Shown: piece by piece, positions 9,880 through 19,099 of the stretch
Layout: each line of letters starts with the position of its first letter
How positions within the stretch are numbered: position 1 is the stretch's first letter
The notes under the pieces: generated by a model
Told to the model about the DNA's origin: nothing
The model's database searches: none
The model's input: only the letters and a program-made list of their open reading frames with translations
Program-made: the position numbers and the translations under genes
DNA from: Faecousia sp.
GTDB taxonomy: Bacteria > Bacillota > Clostridia > Oscillospirales > Oscillospiraceae
Length of the DNA stretch: 64,000 nucleotides
Assembly: GCA_045121575.1 (NCBI GenBank)
Contig: JBGVGH010000047.1
Span: 940-64,939 of the forward strand
Reading direction: 5' to 3'

Positions 9880-10728
9880 TCAGGCCTTCAGCGCATCGCA
9901 AAGTGCCTGCGCGCATTTATCTGTCTCCAGAGCATCCAGCGGAAGCCGGAAGCCCTCTTTGTTCAGTGCATAGCAAAGCTCCACCGTATCCGGTGCCGCC
10001 AGCCCGATGCTGTGCAGCAGTTCCACCTGGGAAAATACCTGCTCCGGGGTTCCGTCCGCCGCCACTTCTCCCTTGTGCAGAACGATGACCCGCTCTGCCT
10101 GGGCCGCTTCGTCCATGTGGTGGGTAATGAGCACCACGGTGATGCCCTTTTCCCGGTTCAGCCGGGTCACGGTTTCCATCACTTCCCGGCGGCCCCGGGG
10201 GTCCAGCATGGCTGTCGGCTCGTCCAGCACAATGCACTTGGGCTCCATGGCGATAATGCCCGCAATGGCCACCCGCTGCTTCTGACCGCCGGAGAGCAGA
10301 TGGGGGGCGTGCTCCCGGTATTCATACATCCCCACCTGCTTCAGGGCATTTTCCACCCGCCGGGCAATTTCCGGACTGGCCACGCCCAGATTCTCCGGGC
10401 CGAAGGCCACATCCTCCTCCACCACATTGGCGACGATTTGGTTGTCCGGGTTCTGGAAAACCATACCCACATTCCGGCGCACCCGCATCAGCAGCTCCTC
10501 GTTGGAGGTGTCCATGCCGGAGACATAGACCTTACCGCCGCAGGGCAGCAAAATGGAATTGAAATGCTTGGCAAGGGTGGACTTCCCACAGCCGTTGCTG
10601 CCGAGAATGGCCACAAATATACCTTCCTCAATGGTGAGGTTCAAATCCGTGAACACCGTCACACCGGGGGCATTGTCCACGCCCGGATAAACATAATTCA
10701 GGTGTTCCACACGAATGGCTTCGTTCAA
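9880..10728 (-). CDS. ecfA1: ECF transporter ATPase EcfA1
   Basis: Walker A GSNGCGKST, signature LSGGQKQR, Walker B VLDEPT. TTG start after GGGAGGG. Confidence 0.9.
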   Translation of the reverse strand: MNEAIRVEHLNYVYPGVDNAPGVTVFTDLNLTIEEGIFVAILGSNGCGKSTLAKHFNSILLPCGGKVYVSGMDTSNEELLMRVRRNVGMVFQNPDNQIVANVVEEDVAFGPENLGVASPEIARRVENALKQVGMYEYREHAPHLLSGGQKQRVAIAGIIAMEPKCIVLDEPTAMLDPRGRREVMETVTRLNREKGITVVLITHHMDEAAQAERVIVLHKGEVAADGTPEQVFSQVELLHSIGLAAPDTVELCYALNKEGFRLPLDALETDKCAQALCDALKA

Positions 10729-10743
10729 AAGTATTCCCTCCCG

Positions 10744-11601
10744 TCAGGGTGTCCAGCGGCCGGTTGCGCCGCAGGGCAGAATCAGGCCCGAAGATTTCAC
10801 CGGCAGGCCAACCTCGCCCACGGCGGTGTGTCCGCCGGGGAAAGCGGTGTCTGCCGCATAGCCCACGGCAGAGGGCGCAAGGCCTGTGGTGTAAGAATTG
10901 ATGATGACAAAAAGCGGATTATCCGTCAGCAGCTTGGCGGTTTCCAGCAGGAAGGGATAGAAACTGGTTTCCATCTTCCAGATTTCGCCGCTGGGACCGC
11001 GCCCATAGCTGGGCGGGTCCATGATGATGCCGTCATAGCGGCGTCCCCGGCGGATTTCCCTCTGGATGAACTTGGCGCAGTCATCCACAATCCAGTGGAT
11101 GGGCCGGTCTGCCAGGCCAGAAGCCTGGGCATTTTCCTTAGCCCAGGCCACCATGCCCTTGGAGGCATCCACATGGAACACCTCCGCCCCACCGGCAGCC
11201 GCCGCCAGAGTGGCGCCGCCGGAATAGGCAAACAGGTTCAGCACCCGGACAGGGCGACCCGCGCCGGCGCACTTCTCCCGGATGAAATCCCAGTTGGCCG
11301 CCTGCTCCGGGAACACGCCGGTGTGCTTGAAATTCATGGGCTTGACATTGAAAGTCAAAAAGTCCTTATAGCGCACCTGCCAGCGCTCCGGCAGATGATG
11401 CTCCGTCCAATGACCGCCGCCGGTGTTGGAGCGGACATAGCGGGCATCGTACTTTTTCCAGTTGGGGTCGGCATGGGGCGTGCTCCAGATGACCTGAGGG
11501 TCGGGGCGCACCAGGATATACTTTCCCCAGCGCTCCAGACGCTCGCCGTCGGAGGTGTCCAGCACCTCATATTCCTTCCATCCGTCAGAAATCCAAATCA
11601 T
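10744..11601 (-). CDS. Class I SAM-dependent methyltransferase (RlmI/RlmK-like rRNA methyltransferase fold)
   Basis: LNLFAYSGGATLAAAAGGA (SAM motif I) and IIMDPPSYGRG (DPP motif). ATG follows AAGGAG. Confidence 0.7.
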   Translation of the reverse strand: MIWISDGWKEYEVLDTSDGERLERWGKYILVRPDPQVIWSTPHADPNWKKYDARYVRSNTGGGHWTEHHLPERWQVRYKDFLTFNVKPMNFKHTGVFPEQAANWDFIREKCAGAGRPVRVLNLFAYSGGATLAAAAGGAEVFHVDASKGMVAWAKENAQASGLADRPIHWIVDDCAKFIQREIRRGRRYDGIIMDPPSYGRGPSGEIWKMETSFYPFLLETAKLLTDNPLFVIINSYTTGLAPSAVGYAADTAFPGGHTAVGEVGLPVKSSGLILPCGATGRWTP

Positions 11602-11605
11602 ATCT

Positions 11606-14350
11606 CTATCTCCTTATGAGTTCTGTATTTTCCGTGGGATTCGCCGTGGGGGCAGGCTCCGTCGTTTCTGTGGGAGCAGGTTCGGTCACCGATGTGGGTT
11701 CCGGCGGTGCTGTGGTGATGGGCACCGTGGGTTCCGGGGGCAGGGTCGCCGGCATGGTCACCACCGGGGGCAGCGTTGCAGGCGGCTCGGTTGCGGGCGG
11801 TTCTGTGGCAGGCGGCTCTGTGGGCCGTGTGGACTCCACAAATTCCTCCCAGCTCCTGCGGGTATGCACCCGGCAGATTTGATACGGAACATTCAGTCCC
11901 CCATTGATATTTCCATGGACGCCGAAAAAGGCCTTGTCCTTTCCCTTGCCATCCACCAGATAAATATAGTCGTTGCGCAGGTACTCGGAAACCAGTCCCT
12001 TTCCCTCTGCCTGTAGAAGCTGGTTCAGCCGGCTCTGGGTCAGTTTCAGCAGCGCCTTGCGCTCCAGGGGCAATACCCCTTCGGCGGCAAACAACTTACA
12101 GTATTCATTGGCAACTCCATGGCCCTCCACGCAGTAATCCAGCGTGATGTGCCGGTCGCAGTAGTCTTTCGGTTTATCCTCCGGGTAAAGCAGAACCTTT
12201 TCCACCCGGGAAAAGCCGTCCCCGGCGCGGATGTCGTGGTAGCAACTATCGGTTGCTATCTTCCCGGAATCCAGGCAAATGGGGACTTCCACCATCTTTT
12301 CCCGGTCATAAAGTGGGATAGACGGCAGTTTTTGGTGGAGCTGAAGCATCACCTTTTTCCAAAGCCTTGCGGCAGGATTGGCGGTGGAGCCGGTCAGCTC
12401 AATGGTCTGGGGGGTGTCGAAGCCGCACCAGACCGCCGCGGTGTAATACCCGGTAAATCCGGCGAAATACCGGTCCCGATTGGCGCCGGTGGTGCCGGTT
12501 TTGCCCGCCACCGCCATGCCCAATTCCTTTTTCATATCCGCCGCCGTGCCGGTGCCCCGGTCAACGGCGGTATCCAGGCAGTAATTCATATAATTGACGG
12601 CCTTGTCGCTGAGAATTTTCCGACTTTCCTGCCGGTTATCCAGCACCACCCGGCCTTCGTCATCCAGCACCAGCAGGAAGGTTCTCCCCTCCCGCCAGAC
12701 GCCGTTGTTGGCAAAGGCGGCGTAAGCGGAAGTCACCTCCCGCACCGTCATGCCCTTGGTCAATGCCCCCAGGGCAAGGGGCGCATAGTCCACATCCGAG
12801 AAAACACCGCCGCTGGGGGACACATAGTGCTCCGTCAGCGTGGTAATCCCGAATTGATTGGTCGCAAAATCATAGCTGTATTTCAGTCCCAGCTGCCGCA
12901 GAGTATTGGCAGCTACCGCATTGACCGACGACACCACGCCCCGCAGCACCGTGCGGGAGGCCTGATAGAGCCGGTTGTCGTTTCTGGGAAAGGGAGTTCC
13001 GTCGGAAAGAAAGGTCAGAGGCAAATCATCTATAATGGTTGCCGGGGTAATCAGCCCCTTGTCAAAAGCGGGGCCGTAAACCGTCAGGGGCTTGATGGAT
13101 GAACCGATTTGCAGCGGCACATCCGCCCGGTTATAGGCGTCAAAGTCCTTTTTTCCCCCCACGCCACCGGCCATGGCAACCACATCTCCGGTTCGGTTAT
13201 CCACAATTACAATGGCGGATTGCAGCTGATTTCCCCCTTTTACGGTGGGAATTTCCTCCAAATCGGTGTAAATTTTGTCAACTGCCAGTTGCGTCTTTGC
13301 GCTGTAAGGGGTATAAATGTGGTAGCCTGCCCGGGAAATCAGGGAGATATACTGGCTGCGAATGGCGCTGTTCCAGGCGGTGATGCCGTCCTGCTGCGCC
13401 AGCGCGTGGGCCACATCCTCCAGCACCGTGTCCACATACCAGGAGTAAACCCGGCCCTTTTCCTGGGCCACCGTTCCCTTTTGAAACACCATTTCCTGGG
13501 CCATGGCGGTGTCAAAGGTTGCCTTGTCAATCCAGCCCTGCACATACATCTGCTCCAGCACGCTCTCCTGCCGCAGCCGGTTGCGCTGCCGCCCGTTGAG
13601 CTGCTGGCCCCGGTAATTATCCAGGGTGGTGCGGTAGGGATTATACAGCGTTGGGTTGTTAGTGATGCCAATGAGGGCGGCGCAGTCAGCGGTGGTCAGC
13701 TCCCCCAGCTCCTTGCCGAAGTAATACTGGGCAGCGCTTTTTACACCGTAGCAGCCATTTCCAAAATAAATGGAGTTGAGATACCACTCCAGCACCACAT
13801 TTTTGTCATACGCCTTTTCAAAGGCCAGCGCCCGGAATATTTCGATAACCTTGCGCTGCACCGTCACATCGTCCGCCGTTTCGTCCGTGCTGAGAAAGAG
13901 GTTTTTCATCAGCTGCTGGGTCAGCGTAGAGCCGCCGAAGGTGGCGCTTCCGCCGGTGAACAGATTGAGGAAAGCTTTGGCGGTGGTAATCCAGTCCACC
14001 CCCTGATGCTCATAAAACCGCTTGTCCTCAATAGCAATGGCGGCGTTGATGAGGTCCGCCGGCAACTCCTCAAAGGAGGCCCACTGGCGGTCGGTTGTGG
14101 AATAGAGCTGTTGCAGCACCTGAATCTGGCCACTCTCATTATAATAATAGAGATACGAGGTGCGGTCCAGGGCGTAGTTTTCCAGATTCACCTGCGCCAG
14201 AGGCAGAATGTTCTTTTGCAGGTAAGCAGCTAAAATATTGACAAACACAAAGCTGCAAACCAGAACCACCACCAGCAGCGTCAGAATGCTTATGGTTATG
14301 ATTTTCCAAATTTTCCGCGGCTTTTCTCCGGGGCGTTTTTCCTTTTTCAA
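11606..14350 (-). CDS. Class A penicillin-binding protein (PBP1A: transglycosylase + transpeptidase) with a Pro/Thr/Glu-rich tail
   Basis: GT51 motifs (EDKRFYEHQGVD, GGSTLTQQL) and transpeptidase motifs (SSIKP, KTGTT). N-terminal TM anchor. TTG start after GGAGGG. Confidence 0.9.
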   Translation of the reverse strand: MKKEKRPGEKPRKIWKIITISILTLLVVVLVCSFVFVNILAAYLQKNILPLAQVNLENYALDRTSYLYYYNESGQIQVLQQLYSTTDRQWASFEELPADLINAAIAIEDKRFYEHQGVDWITTAKAFLNLFTGGSATFGGSTLTQQLMKNLFLSTDETADDVTVQRKVIEIFRALAFEKAYDKNVVLEWYLNSIYFGNGCYGVKSAAQYYFGKELGELTTADCAALIGITNNPTLYNPYRTTLDNYRGQQLNGRQRNRLRQESVLEQMYVQGWIDKATFDTAMAQEMVFQKGTVAQEKGRVYSWYVDTVLEDVAHALAQQDGITAWNSAIRSQYISLISRAGYHIYTPYSAKTQLAVDKIYTDLEEIPTVKGGNQLQSAIVIVDNRTGDVVAMAGGVGGKKDFDAYNRADVPLQIGSSIKPLTVYGPAFDKGLITPATIIDDLPLTFLSDGTPFPRNDNRLYQASRTVLRGVVSSVNAVAANTLRQLGLKYSYDFATNQFGITTLTEHYVSPSGGVFSDVDYAPLALGALTKGMTVREVTSAYAAFANNGVWREGRTFLLVLDDEGRVVLDNRQESRKILSDKAVNYMNYCLDTAVDRGTGTAADMKKELGMAVAGKTGTTGANRDRYFAGFTGYYTAAVWCGFDTPQTIELTGSTANPAARLWKKVMLQLHQKLPSIPLYDREKMVEVPICLDSGKIATDSCYHDIRAGDGFSRVEKVLLYPEDKPKDYCDRHITLDYCVEGHGVANEYCKLFAAEGVLPLERKALLKLTQSRLNQLLQAEGKGLVSEYLRNDYIYLVDGKGKDKAFFGVHGNINGGLNVPYQICRVHTRRSWEEFVESTRPTEPPATEPPATEPPATLPPVVTMPATLPPEPTVPITTAPPEPTSVTEPAPTETTEPAPTANPTENTELIRR
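11778..11822 (-). repeat. 3 x 15-bp tandem repeat encoding TEPPA-TEPPA-TEPPA in the PBP1A tail
   Basis: Plus-strand units are gcaggcggctcggtt / gcgggcggttctgtg / gcaggcggctctgtg. Confidence 0.8.
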
Positions 14351-14574
14351 CCCAATCCCTCCGTTGCTTCGTCCGCAAAAGAAGGATGAAATCCACAGGA
14401 AAGCCGCTGCGCATGGCTTTTCAATCTGAGATTATATCACATACTTTTGCAAAACGAAAGCCCTAATTTGTAAATAATCTGCCGTTCGGCGAAAACGGCC
14501 TGTTTTTCCGGGAATAGCATTCCCAAAATTGCATACATTATCATATCGTATTGTATGACAGAGAGGAGAAACCT

Positions 14575-14808
14575 ATGAAACACCACCGTCTGCAGCACAT
14601 GCTCTGTTCCCTGCTTCTGTTTGGCTTTCTCATCGGCGTTCATGAGGGGCGCATCGCCCTGTGGAAAGACGGCAGCCCGGAGCCCTGGCGCGTCTTTCCC
14701 TATCCTGTATGTGTTCTGCCGGAAAAAGACCGCATTGCTTTGAAAAACGGCATTCGGGTGGATTCCATGGAGGATTTGAACCGGCTGCTGGAAAATTATC
14801 TGTCCTGA
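14575..14808 (+). CDS. Small N-terminally anchored protein, function unknown (possibly BofC-like C-terminal domain)
   Basis: GAGGAG RBS before ATG 14575. Hydrophobic N-terminus LCSLLLFGFLIGV. The family call rests only on a weak recollection. Confidence 0.4.
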   Translation: MKHHRLQHMLCSLLLFGFLIGVHEGRIALWKDGSPEPWRVFPYPVCVLPEKDRIALKNGIRVDSMEDLNRLLENYLS

Positions 14809-14885
14809 TATTTTTCCACTTGATTTTGCACGGGGATGATAGTACAATAGGAGCGTAATCAAGTTCCCTTTGGAAGGAGTATTAT

Positions 14886-15170
14886 ATGTCTGACGAATTT
14901 GGCTCCGATTTCATCACCATCGTGGACGAGGACGGCACCGAGTACGAGCTGGAGGTCCTCACCTCCCTGGAGTATAACGGTGAAACCTATCTGGCGGTCA
15001 TCCCCGCCGTGGACGCGGATGAGGAAGCGGATTTGGAAATCTCCATTCTCAAGTCCGTGGAAGAGGACGGCGAAAGCATCCTGTGCGCCATTGAGGACGC
15101 CGAGGAGCTGGAAGCGGTTCACAGTCTCATGATGGATTCCCTCTACGAGGAAGAAGCGGACGAAGAATAA
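14886..15170 (+). CDS. DUF1292 (UPF0473) family acidic protein
   Basis: ITIVDEDGTEYELEVLTSLEYNGETYLAVIP pattern, a very acidic tail, and the usual ruvX neighbourhood. Confidence 0.75.
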   Translation: MSDEFGSDFITIVDEDGTEYELEVLTSLEYNGETYLAVIPAVDADEEADLEISILKSVEEDGESILCAIEDAEELEAVHSLMMDSLYEEEADEE

Positions 15171-15192
15171 TCTTTCTTCCTGCTTGGTGCGT

Positions 15193-15220
15193 AATGTGTC
15201 CTTTTGGACCCACATTTTTG
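15193..15220 (+). terminator. Imperfect hairpin plus T-run after the DUF1292 gene
   Basis: aatgtgtcc tttt ggacccacatt followed by tttt. Confidence 0.45.
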
Positions 15221-15370
15221 AATCGGGAAGTTAGCTTCCTGCCCGGTTTGCAGACCTCCCGCCCCCGCTTTGACGAGGGGTGGATGTTGGGAGCAGTGAA
15301 GGACAGGAGCGGCAACCCACCTGCCATCACGTGCAGGTCATAATTGGATGCATACGGCCGAAGCGGGTGC

Positions 15371-15399
15371 ATGGGGAGCGCAAGCTCCCCATGTTTTTT
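15371..15399 (+). terminator. Intrinsic terminator ending a ~170-nt structured non-coding segment
   Basis: atggggagc-gcaa-gctccccat (GNRA loop) followed by gtttttt. Confidence 0.7.
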
Positions 15400-15468
15400 A
15401 TTATGCACGGTTTCCATGGCAAAAACTGTAAAATTTTTTCTTTTTTCTACTTTTTAGCAGTTTGCCCC

Positions 15469-15497
15469 TTGAAACTCCGGTCAAAATCAGTTATAAT
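15469..15497 (+). promoter_or_regulatory. Sigma-A type promoter for the PPIase gene
   Basis: TTGAAA, 17-nt spacer, TATAAT. Confidence 0.65.
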
Positions 15498-15566
15498 CCT
15501 CTGGTCTATGCGTGAAAAAATACCTTCGCGTGCAAATCACTAGGACAAACGAGAGGAAATGATTCT

Positions 15567-17231
15567 ATGAGTTCATCCAAGAAAAAGCAGTTGCGCAACG
15601 CGCAGAACATGACCGAGCGTCAGCTCGCCGCCGAAAAGGAAGCCAAGCAGCTCAAGCGCTACACCTTGACTTTCTGGGTTGTGATTGCCCTGGTTCTGGC
15701 AATCTTCGTCAGTGCCGTCGCACTCAACCCCATTAAGAACATCATCTACAAGAACAGCGATGCCATTGAGGTTGGCGGTCACACCCTCAGCGCTGTGGAA
15801 GCCAACTACTTCTACATTGATGCTGTCAACTCCTATGTCAACCAGGTGGGCGATTACATTTCCCTCTTCCTGAACACCTCCAAGCCTCTGGACGAGCAGG
15901 TGTATGACAAGGAATCCGGCAAGACCTGGGCCGACAGCTTCCTGGACAACGCCAAGAGCAACATCCAGTACACCTACGCACTGTACAACGAGGCTGTAAA
16001 GAACAACTTCCAGCTGAGCGAGGATCAGCAGAAGTCCATCGACAGCATGATGTCCACCCTGAAAATCTATTCCTCCATCTATGGCTACAAGAATGTGGAC
16101 GCTTACCTGCGTGCCGTCTACGGCAACGGTGCCACCGAGGAATCCTACCGTAACTACTACACCGTCTGCGCCACCGCCGACGCTTACCACGCTGAATACG
16201 CTGAATCTCTGGAGTATGAGGCCAGCGACCTGCGGGAGTTTGAGGCCGGTTCCGCTTTCAAGTATAACTCCTACTCCTACGCTGCCTACTATCTGACTGT
16301 CAGCTCCTTCTACGAGGGCGGCACCAAGGGTGAGGATGGCAAGGTCACCTACTCCGCCGAGGAGAAGGAAGCCGGCCGTCTGGCCGCCGAGAAGGTTGCC
16401 AACGAACTGGCTGCCGGCACCTACGCCACGCTGGAAGAGTTTGACGCCGCGATCAAGGCTCTGGAAATTAACAAGGAGAACGAAAAGGCCGCTTCCACCA
16501 AGTACGAAGATGTGCTGTACAACGGCTTCAACGGCACCACCGGTGTCAGCTCCCTGTTCCAGGATTGGATTGCCGGCAAGGTCGAGTCCGAGGTTGAGGG
16601 CGAGGATCCCGCCTATGTGGAGCGCAAGGAAGGCGACATGACCGTGGTGGCCAACAAGTCCGGCTCCGGCGACAGCGAAGTGGTCTACGGCTACTATGTG
16701 CTGCGCTTCGGCTCCGTCAGCGACAACAACTATGCTCTGAAGAATGTCCGCCACATTCTGATTTCCTTCGAGGGCGGCACCAAGGACTCCAACGGCAATG
16801 TCACCTACTCCGACGCGGAGAAGGATGCTGCCAAGCTCAAGGCCTCCAACCTGCTGAAGACATGGATCTCCGGCGATAAGACTGAGGAGAGCTTCGCCGA
16901 ACTGGCAGAGAAGAACTCCACCGATACCGGCTCCAAGTCCAACGGCGGCCTGTATGAGGATATCTACCCCAACCAGATGGTGGAAGCCTTTAACGACTGG
17001 TGCTTCGATTCCGAGCGGAAGCCCGGCGACACCGGTCTGGTGGAAACCGAGTACGGCTACCATGTGATGTACTTCGTCGGCGACAGTGAAACCCTGTTCC
17101 GTGACTACATGGTGGAAGCCGCCCTGCGCAGCAGCGATGTGTCCGAATGGCTCACCGCGCTGGAGGACGCCATCACTGTGGAAGTGCTCAGCACCAAGCA
17201 CATCAAGATGGACCTGACTCTCAGCCACTAA
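15567..17231 (+). CDS. Membrane-anchored PpiC/parvulin-type peptidyl-prolyl isomerase (PrsA/SurA-like)
   Basis: N-terminal TM (FWVVIALVLAIFV). C-terminal parvulin domain VRHILISF...GGLYEDIYPNQMVEAFNDW...TEYGYHVMYF. Confidence 0.8.
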   Translation: MSSSKKKQLRNAQNMTERQLAAEKEAKQLKRYTLTFWVVIALVLAIFVSAVALNPIKNIIYKNSDAIEVGGHTLSAVEANYFYIDAVNSYVNQVGDYISLFLNTSKPLDEQVYDKESGKTWADSFLDNAKSNIQYTYALYNEAVKNNFQLSEDQQKSIDSMMSTLKIYSSIYGYKNVDAYLRAVYGNGATEESYRNYYTVCATADAYHAEYAESLEYEASDLREFEAGSAFKYNSYSYAAYYLTVSSFYEGGTKGEDGKVTYSAEEKEAGRLAAEKVANELAAGTYATLEEFDAAIKALEINKENEKAASTKYEDVLYNGFNGTTGVSSLFQDWIAGKVESEVEGEDPAYVERKEGDMTVVANKSGSGDSEVVYGYYVLRFGSVSDNNYALKNVRHILISFEGGTKDSNGNVTYSDAEKDAAKLKASNLLKTWISGDKTEESFAELAEKNSTDTGSKSNGGLYEDIYPNQMVEAFNDWCFDSERKPGDTGLVETEYGYHVMYFVGDSETLFRDYMVEAALRSSDVSEWLTALEDAITVEVLSTKHIKMDLTLSH

Positions 17232-17241
17232 GATGAATAGC

Positions 17242-17283
17242 AATCGCCTCCTGTGGAAAGCTTTCCGCAGGAGGCGATTTTTT
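17242..17283 (+). terminator. Strong intrinsic terminator after the PPIase gene
   Basis: 15-bp stem aatcgcctcctgtgg / ccgcaggaggcgatt plus a T-run. The right arm contains the AGGAGG RBS of the next gene. Confidence 0.75.
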
Positions 17284-17631
17284 ATGGTTCATTGGAAATC
17301 CGGTTTGGCAGGGCTGCTGGCCGGAGCCGTCAACGGCCTGCTGGGAGCGGGCGGCGGTATGGTGCTGATTCCGATGCTGAGCACCACCGGGCAGTGGGAA
17401 GAGCAGGAGCTGTTCCCCGCGTCTGTGGCTATTGTGCTGCCGCTGTGCCTGGTTTCCCTGGCTGTCAGCGCCACGCAGCAGCCCCTGCCCTGGCGCGCTG
17501 CTCTCCCCTATTTGCTGGGCGCTGTTCCGGGCGGTATTCTGGCAGGACTGCTGGGCAGGCGGATTCCCGTGAAGTGGCTGCACCGGCTGCTGGGTGTCAT
17601 GCTGCTGTGGGGAGGGATTCGGTATTTATGA
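17284..17631 (+). CDS. Half-size TSUP (TauE/SafE) family membrane protein, subunit 1
   Basis: GLLGAGGGMVLIPML and LLGRRIP..WLHRLLGV motifs; about 4 TM segments. Confidence 0.7.
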   Translation: MVHWKSGLAGLLAGAVNGLLGAGGGMVLIPMLSTTGQWEEQELFPASVAIVLPLCLVSLAVSATQQPLPWRAALPYLLGAVPGGILAGLLGRRIPVKWLHRLLGVMLLWGGIRYL

Positions 17632-18005
17632 TGCCTTCCCTGCTTATGGGATGTATTCTGGGCTTTCTTTCCGGCATCGGCATCGGCGGCGGAAGCCTGC
17701 TGATGCTGTGGCTGACCCTGGTGCTGAAGCTGGAGCCATTCACCGCCCGGTGTATCAATCTGCTGTTTTTCATCCCCTGCGCCCTGTGCGCCAGTTTGTT
17801 CCGATGGCGGCAGGGACGCTTAAAGCTTAAAAAAATCCTGCTGCCCATGGCACTGGGATGCGCCGCGGCAGCAGGGTTTTCCCTTCTCAGCCCGTATCTC
17901 GACACAGGGCTGCTGAAAAAATTTTTTGGATTTCTTCTCATTCTCAGCGGCATTCGGGAGTTACGGTACCGCCCCAAAAAGCTCACTTCCGCTTCAGAGA
18001 ATTGA
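17628..18005 (+). CDS. Half-size TSUP (TauE/SafE) family membrane protein, subunit 2
   Basis: ATGA overlap with the previous stop. GFLSGIGIGGGSLLM motif; about 4 TM segments. Confidence 0.7.
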   Translation: MMPSLLMGCILGFLSGIGIGGGSLLMLWLTLVLKLEPFTARCINLLFFIPCALCASLFRWRQGRLKLKKILLPMALGCAAAAGFSLLSPYLDTGLLKKFFGFLLILSGIRELRYRPKKLTSASEN

Positions 18006-18402
18006 GATACCCCTCCAGAATCAGAGAAGCCGCCACTGCGTCCACGGTGTTCTTTCGCTTCTGGCCGTGGTAATTGTGCTGGGAGAGGATGTTGTGGGCC
18101 TCCACCGTGGTGCGCCGCTCATCCCACATGGTCACAGGCAGCTGGGCTGCCTGCCCCAGCACCTGGGCAAATTCCCGGCAAAGCTCCGCCCGGACACCTT
18201 CTGTGCCATCCATATTCCGGGGCAGACCCACCACAATTTCGCCGACCTCGTTTTCCTTTGCCATCCGGACAATGTCCGCGATGGCTTTTTCTCTGTTTCG
18301 GCTGGGCACCACCGCTGTGGAGCCAACCAGTGAGCAGAGTAAGTCCGATATAGCCACACCCGTGCGGGCGTCCCCATAGTCAATTCCCATAATTCTCTTC
18401 AT
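17983..18402 (-). CDS. ruvX: Holliday-junction resolvase-like nuclease RuvX (YqgF)
   Basis: MKRIMGIDYGDARTGVAISD...VVGLPRNMDGTEG...DERRTT. Confidence 0.9.
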   Translation of the reverse strand: MKRIMGIDYGDARTGVAISDLLCSLVGSTAVVPSRNREKAIADIVRMAKENEVGEIVVGLPRNMDGTEGVRAELCREFAQVLGQAAQLPVTMWDERRTTVEAHNILSQHNYHGQKRKNTVDAVAASLILEGYLNSLKRK

Positions 18403-18533
18403 ATCCGTAAGTCCTTTCCTTCTGATGCCTCTATTATAATCGGACAAAGGCAAAAAAGAAAGGGCTTTTTTCTTTTTGTGGCCAAATGCCGATTCTTTTT
18501 CGTAAAATCAACGAAAAAATCCGAAAATAATTG

Positions 18534-18562
18534 TTGACTATGCCATAAATCTGTGATAGAAT
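18534..18562 (+). promoter_or_regulatory. Promoter of the rpmG-secE-nusG cluster
   Basis: TTGACT, 17-nt spacer, TAGAAT with an extended TG. Confidence 0.65.
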
Positions 18563-18696
18563 GACCTCACCTGTGAAAAAAGGGTCTTGTTGTTATGCCC
18601 ATTTTTCAGCCACGGAGCGGAAATGTAGTTGTCCGCTTTCTAAATTCCAACCTAGCCGGGGTGATACAGGGAGGCAATTTTTAAGGAGGTGCCGTT

Positions 18697-18846
18697 ATGC
18701 GCGTTAAGGTCACTTTGAGATGCTCTGAGTGCAAGCAGAGAAACTACAACACCATGAAGAACAAGAAGAACGATCCCGACCGTCTGGAGATGAGCAAGTA
18801 CTGCAGATTCTGCAGAAAGCATACCACTCACAGCGAGACGAAGTAA
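18697..18846 (+). CDS. rpmG: 50S ribosomal protein L33
   Basis: Hand translation gives [59 protein letters not shown]. It is below the ORF-track length cutoff. Confidence 0.9.
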   Translation: MRVKVTLRCSECKQRNYNTMKNKKNDPDRLEMSKYCRFCRKHTTHSETK

Positions 18847-18861
18847 GGAGGGCCTATCATC

Positions 18862-19095
18862 ATGGCAGAAGTCAAAAAGGAAAACTGGTTCAAAAGAGCC
18901 TGGGGCAGCGTCTGCAGATACTCCCGTGAGCTGAAAAGCGAACTGAAGAAGGTTGTCTGGCCTACCCCCAAGCAGGTCCTGAAGAATACGCTCATCGTCT
19001 GCGGCTGCGTGCTGGTCGTCGGCGTGTTCATCTGGGTCTTTGACTTTGCGGCAGGTTTCGGTATCAGCAGCCTGATCGACCTGATTAAGGGTTAA
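18862..19095 (+). CDS. secE: Preprotein translocase subunit SecE
   Basis: ELKKVVWPT motif, a single C-terminal TM, and position between rpmG and nusG. Confidence 0.9.
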   Translation: MAEVKKENWFKRAWGSVCRYSRELKSELKKVVWPTPKQVLKNTLIVCGCVLVVGVFIWVFDFAAGFGISSLIDLIKG

Positions 19096-19099
19096 TACC

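Noticed and set aside
14437-14862. A 141-aa minus-strand ORF overlapping the small plus-strand gene at 14575-14808.
   Set aside because: It has no RBS and an atypical sequence. The plus-strand ORF has a GAGGAG RBS and a signal-anchor-like N-terminus.
15226-15399. Assigning the structured intergenic segment to SRP RNA, 6S RNA, RNase P, tmRNA or a named riboswitch (ydaO, ZTP, c-di-GMP, TPP, cobalamin).
   Set aside because: The conserved cores I remember for these RNAs (for example GGAAGCAGC for SRP, GAGGAAAGTCC for RNase P, CTGAGA for TPP, GCCACTG for B12) are absent. It is left as an unclassified candidate.
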